Source: Octopus bimaculoides | Lineage: Eukaryota | Assembly (NCBI RefSeq): GCF_001194135.2 | Contig: NC_068993.1 | Location: 55,635,781-55,699,780, forward strand | Direction of reading: 5' to 3' | DNA length: 64,000 bases | Shown: positions 13,485-24,592 of the stretch, one piece after another | Numbering within the stretch: position 1 is the stretch's first letter | Layout: each line of letters opens with the position of its first letter | Notes under the pieces: generated by a model | The model's input: the letters and a program-made list of their open reading frames with translations, nothing else | Databases searched by the model: none | Told to the model about the DNA's origin: nothing | Translations under genes and position numbers: made by a program

Positions 13485-13673
13485 GTGTGTGTGTATACAT
13501 GCATATATATTCTTTGTATTATATATACCTATATGTGTATATATATATATTAAGATTTAGATTCAAAATTGAATGTATGTATATATATATATATATGTAT
13601 GTGTATGTATATATCTATATGAATGTATATATATATATGTGTGTGTGTGTGTGTGCATGTATATCTGTCTATC

Positions 13674-13707
<34 letters not shown>

Positions 13708-13899
13708 GTAATCCCCCGACTATATATATATGAGACCGAGTACGCTGAAGAAAGATGAAATTGCCTGTTATTTTATACAGCATGGAGATTGAGTCCAACA
13801 GCTAACTTACCAGAATACAAAAACTATAAAACAACGTAAAATGCTAAAAGCGTCGAGAGAGAAGAGAATGCAGAGAAATTAAAAAGAGATGTTGAGAAG

Positions 13900-14236
13900 G
13901 CGGGGGAGGTGTTGTTATCTGCGATGCTGATTGGTCGTTTACAAAGCATGTGACCACCATCCGCCAAAAGATGATGGGTAGGGTTTATCAAAATTGTCGC
14001 ACCTGCGCAGTTGCCATTCCGATTATCTCCTCCCCTCCCTCCACATTCCTTCTCATTCTCGCACCTGTCTCTCTCTCTTTCAATTAATGTTGGTTTGTGT
14101 CGAGGAGTGGAACACCAATCTTGCGGGGACCAGTTTGTTATCTTTTACTGTGTTTTAACCGAATCGAAACAGGACTCTTACGGAAGAAAAGCAACCTGCT
14201 AAATCATAGCTAGACCAATATATCTGTTTGAACAAT
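13900..14236 (+). promoter_or_regulatory. FKBP12 promoter and 5' UTR, possibly bidirectional
   Basis: Local CpG/GC rise, inverted CCAAT box (ATTGG 13930-13934), NRF1-like TGCGCA at 14004-14009, and a pyrimidine-rich leader before the ATG at 14237. Confidence 0.55.
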
Positions 14237-14273
14237 ATGGGCGTTACAGTTGAGAAAATCAGTGACGGCGACT
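14237..14273 (+). CDS. FKBP1A: FKBP12-type peptidyl-prolyl isomerase, exon 1
   Basis: ATG GGC GTT ACA GTT GAG... = MGVTVEKISDGD, compared with human MGVQVETISPGD. Donor T|gtaagt. Confidence 0.95.
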
Positions 14274-15489
14274 GTAAGTAAAATTGAATCGAGCTTGTTA
14301 TACTGTTCTTCTTTTTACTTTTGTTATATATCTATATAGGTTATATATAAACTGCATATGTATACAGGATATATATATATATGTGAGATTTATATAGGAT
14401 ATATATATNNNNNNNNNNTCTCTAACTCTCTCTCTCTCTATATCTATATAACGCATATAGAAATCGTAAAATATAGTGTTCGTTGAATTGACTCCCGATA
14501 CAGGTTCGATCCTTCGTAGGAAGAAAACTATTTTTCACCTACGTTACTTGCCCTCACAAAGAATTCGGGCTAATGCAGTAGCCCCAATTTTCATTAGAAA
14601 CTATTATTTCAAATATCACCGAGGTCCACGTCGCCTTTCTTTTTACTGGGGTATATAAAACAAGTACTAGTCAAGTACTAGGGTAGCTTTAGACTACTAT
14701 TTCCTCCCACCAAATTTGTGGCCGTGAGCCAGTGTTAGGAATTATTATTATTGTTGTTGTGAAGTGGCCTAGACAGTATGGTTGTTACTGGACTACATTA
14801 TTGCAGTATTTAGTTTCGTTCCTAAGTTCAAAACTTGCTGAGAATGACTTTAGCCTTCAACTCTATCCAATTATCAACAAAATATACTGGAGCCAACTTG
14901 ATCGGTTGTTAATTATTCGTCCCCTTATATGCATAGTCAAAACGAAATATTTACCACTATAACAACCATAATTATCACTACTTCTAAAGCCATAATATCA
15001 CTATTATTATCATCATTACCATTAAGCACCATCATTATCATTACCGTCATCATCATCGCCATCATTTATCACCACCAGCTGCATCACCATCGTTATTTAT
15101 CATTATCTGCAAGAAGATAGATAAAACATCGGGAAAGAGAGAGTTGTAATTTGTGTAGTAACTACTTCAGTACGGTATTATTCCGAGTTGAAATCATGTT
15201 GGGAAGCAACCTTTGTTGCTGTTTATCATTCGGGTGACAGGAAGATCATCAATTTCTGTAACTAAAATTGCCCTTTCCTATGCATTTAGAAACGGACATT
15301 GTTCTTAATGAAACAACTTTTTGGTAGATGGAGCGCCCGATTAGTTACGCTATTTTAGTCTATGTATTTTGATCCCAACAATACGGTGACAGTAATAGTA
15401 GACTGACAATAACATTAGATTGTCTATGGACAATCATGTTTGGATACCGTTCATCCTTTTCCTTTCTGGGGTTGATAAAATAATGTCCC

Positions 15490-15910
15490 AATCAAGGGGC
15501 CTCGACGCGACTGACTTCCTTCCCCTCACAACTGGAGCCAGATGGTCTTGACCGCCGGGATTGCAAGCGCCCCTGACGGAATAACCCTCTTCTTTGTAGG
15601 ATAGAGGCAAATCCCTGGTCTGGGACGCGACGCGCTGCTATGTTCTTCGGCTCCAACCTTGATGCATCGGCCTCAAATCCAGGTGTCGCCATTCGTTACT
15701 CGGAGGAGAGGAAAATAAACAAATACAAGAGTCTGGTCGGCCACTATCTGCTTGTGCCAGTGGCCATCGACATCTAGAGTGCTCTCCGACTCCGCTCTGC
15801 TGGTTACCCCAGCAAATTCGGCATAACTGCAGTCCGTCTGGGAAACGATCCTCGCGAGGTAGGGTGGCTGTTGCAGCTGTGTTGCTGGCCATTTTCCTTG
15901 GCAATTATAT
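15490..15910 (-). mobile_element. Degenerate 5' end/ORF1 of a Tx1/L1-like non-LTR retrotransposon in FKBP12 intron 1
   Basis: GC-rich island. The minus strand starts MASNTAATATLPREDR, followed by frameshifted segments such as CLYPTKKRVI...IPAVKTIWL. These resemble, from memory, octopus non-LTR ORF1 proteins; not verified by search. Confidence 0.55.
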
Positions 15911-18899
15911 ATTGAGGTGTGACGAACACGCCATTTGTTCTGAGTTGTCCAACCTGTTACTCCCTCCCCTCCATATTTTGTTGCTTAATCCCCCCTCCCC
16001 TTTTCTGTTTTTTTTTTTTGTTCCTTGGTGAGCTCTGGGTTTTTTTCTCTATAATTTTGATCGTTTATATTATTAGTGTTTTTTCTTTCTTTTCTTCCTG
16101 TAAAAAGTATGTCATTAATAAATAGATAAAAGAAATTTTTCAAACGTACTGGGGTTCAAACAAAATGTGCGGTTTTGTGCAGTATCTTGTTACGGCGCTT
16201 TATCTTCATCCTTCCTTGGTTGAAAAAGTAAATAAATACCAAGCATTGGGGTGGGGCTCCGTCTAATNNNNNNNNNNNNNNNNNNNNNNNNNNNNNNNNN
16301 NNNNNNNNNNNNNNNNNNNNNNNNNNNNNNNNNNNNNNNNNNNNNNNNNNNNNNNNNNNNNNNNNNNNNNNNNNNNNNNNNNNNNNNNNNNNNNNNNNNN
16401 NNNNNNNNNNNNNNNNNNNNNNNNNNNNNNNNNNNATTTGCAAAAATATTGGCAAAGATCGACATTTCTAAACCTCCCCCCATTTCCTTCATTTTAAACT
16501 TTTTTCAAAATATGCGGAAAAATACGGAGATTATGATTCTGAAAAAAAATTTTTTTTAAGAATTTTTTTTTCTAAATACGTGGAAAAATACGGACATTAT
16601 GATTCGGACAAAAATTTCAAAACGTTTCTGTACTTACGGTTAGGGTTTTAGGGTTAGTGTTGGGGAAAAAAGTCAAAATTGAAGATGTTGGGGAGGGGAG
16701 GAACTTCACAATGCCGATTTTTGGCAAAAAATTTTTTTTTAAATAAACAAATTAGGGAGAAAATAGTGGGGGGACGGGACGGGCGGAAGTCTTTCCGAAA
16801 CACCAAGTGCTAGGATTGACTAACCCCCTCCACTCAAAATTGCTGACCTTCTGCCGAAATTAGTAATATTCCTCCTATTAGTAGAATCTTGCAACAACAC
16901 CGTACTCTCAATGACAATCTTTAGACTTTGTTTGTTTAGTACTAGGTCAACCCTGGTTGAGCATGCTTATGATCACTGGCATTCCAACAGTGACCATCCA
17001 AAAGAATGTAGGGTGTGATTTCAGAGGGACTTGGCCCCTATTTCTAACAGATTGAATGACCACATAGAGCAGACATGGGGCACCCTATTTCGAGAAGAGG
17101 GCTGCAGGAGATATGACTCATCGTCAGGCAGGCTTCACTACTAAGAGTTTTCGTTGGGCATGTCGTTCAGAAAGAGTCCCATGGGTCACAGGTTGCCAAT
17201 GACTGATGTACGGCTTGTCTCATTAACTTTTGTTTTGTTTATGTATATGTTCATCCATTTCAAAGAAATTATTTCATTTTGTTCAGTGAAATAAACTGGA
17301 ATCAGGGTGGTTTATTTACATTATCAGTTTTAGTTTAGATAACAATTATCTATCTTACATATTTATTCAGGGTACTTCAGTCTTTTGATTAGCTAGAAAT
17401 AAGTCAAATCTTCAAATCACATCCCGTTGTCTTAAAAATGAGAAGGTCACATTATCCAGTGTAGTCTTAGATATCCTTGAAATAAAGTGATAACCACAGC
17501 TCGAATGCTTTGGATTGTAGTTTCCGTCTACCAAATCCACTCTCAAGGCTTTGGTCGGCCCGAGGCTATAGTAGAAGACACTTGCCCAAGGTGCCACATA
17601 GTGGGAATGAACCCAGAACCATGTGGTTAGTAAGCAAGCTACTTACCACACAGCCACTCCTGCACCCAGTTGTTTTTACAAAAAGCAAAACATCAACCGT
17701 AAAAGCAGTTTATGACATGCATACAAATACGCATATAGTATGTATGGAGACAATAATATCAAGGTCAACAATGCACATGCAGGCACACATTCATTCATTG
17801 TGCTTGTTGTTGGCAGAGGTAATTGCGTTTTGAACTTTTCTGTGTTGATTTTAGTCTGGCTTTTATATATTCATAACCACTTTCACTGTTGTTTCAGTCA
17901 CTCCCTTTACAGAAGCTGTCAACTACCTCTAGGTGGTTGGCTTCTAGGCTTTTGAAAAGCATTTAATGAATGCTCTTACTACTAACTACTTCTGTGCATC
18001 TGCTGCACACGAAATTGTTCTTTTTTCTCAGCCAACCACAGCATCTCTTGTTGACTCGTAGTTTACATTGGATGCACAGTATAAAATATAGAATTTCTGC
18101 ACCTTGAGTTGAATCACTATTTGAGATGGCAGTAGAGTTGTGTATTCTTTTCTGCTAATCAAGACATTTTTTTTTCTTTGCTAGGTTTACAGGATGGTAA
18201 AATCAATGTTGCAAAACTGAAGCTTAGGTATAGGATACCTTAAAATCCTAGCAAAGTAAATGCCAAATTCCTTTGCATGACTGAAAATGTCTTGCAGAAA
18301 ATATAGAATTGCTCTGCTTGAGAAGACATGTTAAGCTAAGTGGAAAAAAGGGTATGGCCAGTCTAGCTCTCACCTTACCATCTCTAGTCAATCTGTCTAA
18401 CCCATGCCAGCATGGAAAATGGACGTTAAATGATAATGAAAGAGAGTATGATCTCACCTGCCACCTGGGGCCTACATGGCCAGAGACAGAGCGGTGAAAG
18501 GAGTCCAGGGAGGGATTCCTCCTTTGGGAGGGGTGAAGCCCTGGATAAAAATAAGGAAGGTTTACTTTTAGATCTGGAACTTTTCCTCTGATTCTTTAAC
18601 TGATTTATTTACAAGGTCATTGATATTCAAGGGTGCCACCAGGCAGCCTGTCTTCAGCTGCTCTACTTTGGCCTAGAAAATTATGATAAAAAGAAGACTG
18701 AGGAATGCTTAGCTGTATCCTAAATTCCTTTTAAATTCATTGCTAACTCTCAGCATCTCTGTACATGGTTTGTACAAGTCTTACATCTCAGCCATCTATA
18801 CCTAGTTTTCTTATTGACTACAAGAATACAGTGTGGAACCTTATTAAAAGACTTCTACAGGACAGTGAATGTTAAAAGTTTGCATCCTTTCTGTTTTAG

Positions 18900-19120
18900 T
18901 CCCTTAGTATTTAAACTGGCCCTCTCTGGTCCAAATATTCTTCTTGTTTTATGTTCAAACCAGCCAAATCCAACCTCTTGTACCTACTCTACAATGTCAT
19001 TCTAATATAAGTAATCACGTCATTGAAGTCTCCAAGCTATGAGATAATGTATGATTAATTCAAAACAATGTGAATAAATAAGCATTAAATTTGACAAAGT
19101 TATCTGAATGCTAAAGGTAT
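18900..19120 (-). mobile_element. piggyBac-type MITE (degenerate CCCTT TIR), inverted relative to the copy at 20900-21127
   Basis: Ends cccttagtattt...gaatgctaaagg. The internal sequence is the reverse complement of 20900-21127. Confidence 0.6.
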
Positions 19121-19743
19121 GTATAAGTTACCAGTGTAGTATTATCACACTAATAAAAACACATGGCTTAACAGGGGCCTTTTTTCTGATTGTATCACTT
19201 TCACAAAGTATTACAAAAAAACTTCACCCAGAACTCTAGCTGCAGAGTAATTAATCCCATAGAAATTGAGTTACACATTGTAAGCGAAAGAATACTAGAC
19301 ACTATCATCTTGTGAGACTGTGTCTAGGTTAACACTGTGCCAGTGTTGTATTAAGGCATGGGCACAGTAGATAGCTATCCAGGGACCTCTTGAGTTTAGG
19401 GACCCAGTTCTGATCTATGCATAGTGTGCCTTGCTATCAGTAAATAAATACTTTAGGGCACAATATATTAATTTACCTGGAGGCCTACAATGCTGCTAAG
19501 ATGGCCCTGTACCATGGATATGTAACAGTGTCACCATTGAAACATTTAAATGACATCTAAATGTAGATTTATGCAGTTTGACATAGATTGAAAACTTAAA
19601 CAAAAAAAAACAAACTTTTTACAAACAGGTTTGATGAGATATGTCACTGAATTAAATATAGATATAGAAATGAATGCATGGAAGTCTTTTTTTTATTTTA
19701 CAATGATTCCTACTGGTTTAAAATAAGCAAACGCCTTTTCAAT

Positions 19744-19880
19744 ATGTTTATGGGCAACTGCGACAGAGCAGAGATAGTGGACCTGTGCATCCTAAACAAG
19801 CTAAAAGTAGGAGAGGCTGACAAAGGTTTGTACAGAGATGATAGACTAGAGATAATCCTTAATAAAAACAGATACAATAT
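19744..19880 (+). mobile_element. Penelope-like element reverse transcriptase fragment
   Basis: MGNCDRAEIVDLCILNKL...KGLYRDDRLEII resembles the PLE RT motif MGSxDGAExCELVGLFILNKL...GLYRDDGL. Confidence 0.65.
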
Positions 19881-19899
19881 GGTCTTCTTGTTATGTTTG

Positions 19900-20150
19900 T
19901 CAGCAGTTGCTTGTAGTTCAGATGCTTTGTTCTCCTACCATAAGTTCTTTGTAGCTGATGATTTGGCTGAAATGTACTCCTTATGGGCAGAGTGCATTTC
20001 GTCAATGAATTTTGCAATGGTCTGATAGTTCTCATTGAACGTGTCTAGATGTTTGTGCTTGGCAAAGCCAAGAACTTCAGACACTGTCTCATATGTAAGT
20101 TGCTTTAAGCTCTTTCTGTATTGTTCAATACTAATGTGCCCTGGGTCCAT
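19900..20150 (-). mobile_element. RTE LINE linker fragment
   Basis: TYETVSEVLGFAKHKHLDTFNENYQTIAKFIDEMHSAHKEY resembles the RTE-BovB motif EVLGxxKRKHQDWFDEN. Confidence 0.65.
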
Positions 20151-20899
20151 TGGGGTGTTTGTCAGTGACTTCTCAATGGCAATTCTGTGACAAGCTACTT
20201 AGCCTTTGCTGGGACCCTGGTAGATGCTACTACTCTGGGGTCAGAGTAGATTTGGGAGCAATAGTGGCTGGAACTCCTGAACCAGGGCCCTACTACATTA
20301 GAAAAAAGTTCCTTAGGAATATTTCAGTAATTAAAGCCAAAAATCACAATAAAAATGTAAATACTTGCACTGTATTACATCATTTTAGTCTCTCTCTCTA
20401 GATTCCTGCTGTTATTTCTTGAATTTTTACTTTTATTTTCTGGTGACACCATTTATCTGCCACTCTCTCTTTCTCCAGATACATTCTTTTTTCATTATCT
20501 CTCTGCTTGCTCCCTCTATATCTATACCCTTTCTTCCTGGCTCTTACTCTCTCTCTGTGTATATATATATATCTACTGTACTTCATGCTTCCGCCGTTTC
20601 AACACACACACACACTCTGTCTGCCTGTCTCTCTCATTCATTTCTTATCTCTATTACAGGTTCCTTAGACCCATTCTAGGTTTATACTGTGGGAAAGCAG
20701 GTTCTTATGTCTTCTTTTTCCTGCTCAGTACATTCCTCCAAGATAATAATACTGTGATTGATGCTATCAATTAACTCCCACTCCTCAAATCTGCTGACCT
20801 TGTGCCAAAATCAGAACCATTACTGTAAGGGCTTAGATTCTGGTTGTCTTCGATATAAACTAGGCTTCAGACTTACAGGATATGCTGCATTTCACTCAT

Positions 20900-21127
20900 T
20901 CAACCCTTCAGCACTCAGATTACTCTGTCAAATGTAATGCTTATTTATTTACATTGTTTTGAATTAATTATGCATTATCTTCTATCTTTGATGTTTTGAT
21001 GAAGTGTTTGTATATTTTTAGAAAAGCATTGTGGAATAGGTGCAAGAGGCTAGATCTGGCCAGTTTGAACATAAAACTGGGAGAATATTTGGGTCACATA
21101 TGGCCATTTTGGATGCTAGAGGGTCAA
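20900..21127 (+). mobile_element. piggyBac-type MITE
   Basis: caacccttcagcactcag...gatgctagagggtcaa: degenerate TTAA-CCCTT terminal inverted repeats. Confidence 0.6.
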
Positions 21128-21512
21128 CATATTACTGTATGTGAATACTTGAAATCATGTTTTTTTCTTATTATTCCACTGAATACACCACTACACATTT
21201 TACTCCATTGTACACCACTCTACTCACTGTTATACTCTTTTATACACACACACCATACTCCACTTAACACACCACTTATATCTCACTATATTCACCCCTG
21301 TATCCCACTGTATGTGTCACTCTACAACACCACTATATTCCACTATAAACACACAGTTCTCCACTAGAGCCTTGTGTACAGGCTACTGTACTCTACTGTA
21401 CACACCACTGCAATCCATTGTCTATATTTTACTATATTTTATAATCCTAATTCATCCATATTTTTACTCTTGTGACTTATTGTTGTTTAATGCCTTGTCT
21501 ATCTATTTTTAG

Positions 21513-21560
21513 GTGAAACTTACCCCAAAAAAGGACAAAAAGCTACCGTCCATTATGTAG
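21513..21560 (+). CDS. FKBP1A: FKBP12 exon 2
   Basis: tttttag acceptor, 48 nt, (C)ETYPKKGQKATVHYV, donor G|gtgagt. Confidence 0.95.
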   Translation: MKLTPKKDKKLPSIM

Positions 21561-22086
21561 GTGAGTTTATTATTTTATATTGACTCTGAATCCTAGTTCA
21601 ATAACCTCCAGATGGCATATTGGTTATTTGGTGTCACATCAGGATACATTTTGAGGATGACATTCATTTCATGTTCTCATTTGAAATTAGTTTCAAATCT
21701 ATTTTGCAGGCTCAGCAGACTATTTTTTCTTCCTTTCATCCAAACAGACAATTCTGTTAACAAAATGAATGCAATATAATGCTAAGTTGTTTTTTTTTCT
21801 CTTCTACTTCAAAAACCTGTTTTTTATGAGAACTGTTGTGATCCATTGTTTTTTGTTTTGTCAAATTACTCTGAATAATAGATAAAGCTACTCATTGGGC
21901 AATCTTCACAGTTTATAACTGGGCGCAGACATGGTTATTAAGAAGCTTGTTTCTAAACCATATGATCCCAGGTTCAGTCCTACTGTGCAGCACTTTGAGC
22001 AAGTATCTCCTATCACAGTCCTGGGCTGACCAAAACCTTGTGAGTGATTTGGAAACTCAAAAAAATCCATTGTGTGTGTGTGTGTG

Positions 22087-22118
<32 letters not shown>

Positions 22119-22674
22119 CAGGCATAGCTGTGTGGTAAGAAGCTTGCTTCCCAACTGCATGCTTCTGGGTTCAGTCCTACTGTGTGACATCTTGGGCAAG
22201 TGTTTTCTACTATAACTTCAGGCCAACCAAAACCAGAAAAACTGCTGAACTACCAGCTATGAAGTTTGTTATTTCCTTGTCAACAAATTGTCTGCTGGTT
22301 CTGTGCTTTCAAAGATGTGTAAAATAAGGGAATAAGAGTTCTCTTGCTTGAAAAACAGGGAAGGGTTAGCAACAGGAGGAGCATTCATCTGTAACACAAT
22401 GCCTCATAATATGTATTCATCACCCCATGGTAGCATAGAAAATAGATGTTTCCACTCTCAAAGCATTGGTTAATCAAATACTTTTCCAGATTTCTTACAT
22501 AGACAGGAAATGTATTTGGGATTGTGTAATTTGATATTTCTTCTTAAGAGTATCAGGTAAGTGAACTGGTTTAAAGTAGGAGTGAAAAACTGATTAACTG
22601 AATGTTTAAAATGATGGTAGGATGTTATTGCAACTACAACAATTTTAACTATTGAACTATTCTTTTCATCTCAG

Positions 22675-22764
22675 CAACTCTTGCAGATGGAACCAAATTT
22701 GATTCTTCCAGAGACCGCGACAAACCATTTACATTTAAAGTTGGAGGTGGTTTTGTAATCAAAG
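22675..22764 (+). CDS. FKBP1A: FKBP12 exon 3
   Basis: (A)[29 protein letters not shown] carries the FDSSRDR signature. Donor G|gtaagt. Confidence 0.97.
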
Positions 22765-23427
22765 GTAAGTAATGCTAACCACACTGCCATTTTTGTGTAC
22801 CACATGATTCTCTAAGCCCTTGTCTTTCTTATTTAAGGGCCTTTCTTTCATGAGCTCATTCCCTATTACCATTTTAACAATAACTTTTTTATGGTAAATC
22901 AGACCAAACCATGGGATCAGGGCACTGTGTCGTATTGTAATACGGTTTGGGAACACAAGTGATTTCTTCAAATCCCCCTGCATCTTCCAGTCATTAGCAT
23001 CTTGCAGAAGTCTGGGTGTTGGATTTCTTTTGTTAACTTTCCTGCTTTGTTCCTTCTTTTTATGGAAAGCAACTTTGTATTGATTCTAATTGCATTAATC
23101 TTGCCGCAATGTTGTTTTTGTGCATCAAGAACTTGGTCATGCTCTCAAAAATACTCTACAAGCAATGATGACTTAGATCTGTCCAGGATATGTTCCAAGG
23201 ACACATATCGTCTGCACCAATGGCATTCATCCATATCACTAAACCCACATCTTTTCAGGAATCAACCTGGCTGATTCCACTTTTTATAGGGTGTTTCATG
23301 ATAGTTTCTTTTGTACAGTTGTCTCCCTTGCTTGCCTATGAACATTGAATTTTCCACACACATAAAATGACTGTTATATTATCAAAATGTTTTACGAGGC
23401 TATATAATGTTTTTCTTTCCTCTTCAG

Positions 23428-23450
23428 GCTGGGATGAAGGTATTACCCAG
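23428..23450 (+). CDS. FKBP1A: FKBP12 exon 4 (23-nt microexon)
   Basis: ttttctttcctcttcag acceptor, (G)WDEGITQ, donor CAG|gtaact. Supplies the conserved GWxEG motif. Confidence 0.95.
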
Positions 23451-24518
23451 GTAACTGTTTTCTTTTTTTCACTTCCCAATATATTTTTATTTATTCATGT
23501 TTTAAATATTCTTTATAAGAAGTGTGATAAGAACTGCTTAATTGTAAAGTAAGTGTTAAGGTTGATTAAATTTAGTGGTTGTTGTTTAAACTCAGGTCAG
23601 TCTTGACTGGACATGTATGAACAAAGCTATTCTGGCTGTAACTGTAATATTCAGCCATATTAGGATTAGAGTATCCTTTCTTTTTAACATGATGATGTGA
23701 AAGAAATTTGGGTACTATTTTTAGCAGATCTTGAAAGTAAAGATTCTTTATTAGTTTGAAAATGTGATAGTTCACAAATGACTGTAGATACTCATCATCA
23801 TTATTTAATGTCTGTTTTCCATGCTGGCATGGGTTGGACGGTTTGACAGGAGCTGGTGAGGCTGGGAGCTGCACCATGTTCCAGTGGTGTGTTTTGGCAT
23901 TGTTTCTACAGTTGGATGCCCTTCCTAATGCTACCCACTTTACAGAGTGTAGTTGGTGCTTTTCATGTGGCACCCATACAGGGTCATCAAACAAATTGCA
24001 AGACAAAACTCCTCGGCTGGGAGGGGAGGTAGTATTGAATACCTAAGAATCTTAGTGGAAGAAAATCTTATCCATTCAACTGAAAATATACATTTGTCAT
24101 GAAATATTTGTTTGAAATTCATTCAATGTGTTTTCCATAGAAGTTCCCTTAGTTGTGATCCAAAGTATTTGCCACATATATTTTATGTTTTATATATGAT
24201 GTTAGGAAGGGCATCCAGCTGTAGAAACATTGCCAGATTGGATTGGAGCCTGGTGCAGCCTTCTGGCTCACCAGCCCTCAGTCAAACCGTCCAACCCATA
24301 CCAGCATGGTGATGATGATGATACATAATAGCATAAGCAGAGATAGAATACTAGGAGAATATCTGCTTTAAATAAGCTCTTAATTATCTACATACATCAG
24401 ATATTTCACAATTATTCTATTAGCTAAATTCATTCATGTTCCATAGACTATTCCTTTACTGATTATTGCAAATCATTAATGTTTTCTTTTTCTATTTTTA
24501 TTTTTTGTTATTTTATAG

Positions 24519-24592
24519 ATGAGTGTTGGTGAAAGGTCAAAATTGATCTGCACGCCTGACTATGGATACGGTCCAAAGGGTTATCCAGGAGT
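24519..24592 (+). CDS. FKBP1A: FKBP12 exon 5
   Basis: [24 protein letters not shown] + GT, followed by the U12 donor ATATCCTTT. Confidence 0.95.

Noticed and set aside
13425-13725. Inverted 19-bp pair around a microsatellite as a single MITE
   Set aside because: The cagtaatccc-type TIRs face outward, so these are two truncated pogo/Tc1-like ends flanking a TA tract.
14490-14520. B-box-like GGTTCGATCC suggesting a tRNA gene
   Set aside because: No A box or cloverleaf can be formed.
16630-16665. Telomere-like ggttagggttttagggttag
   Set aside because: Only 2-3 imperfect units inside a repeat-like segment next to a gap. Not an interstitial telomere array.
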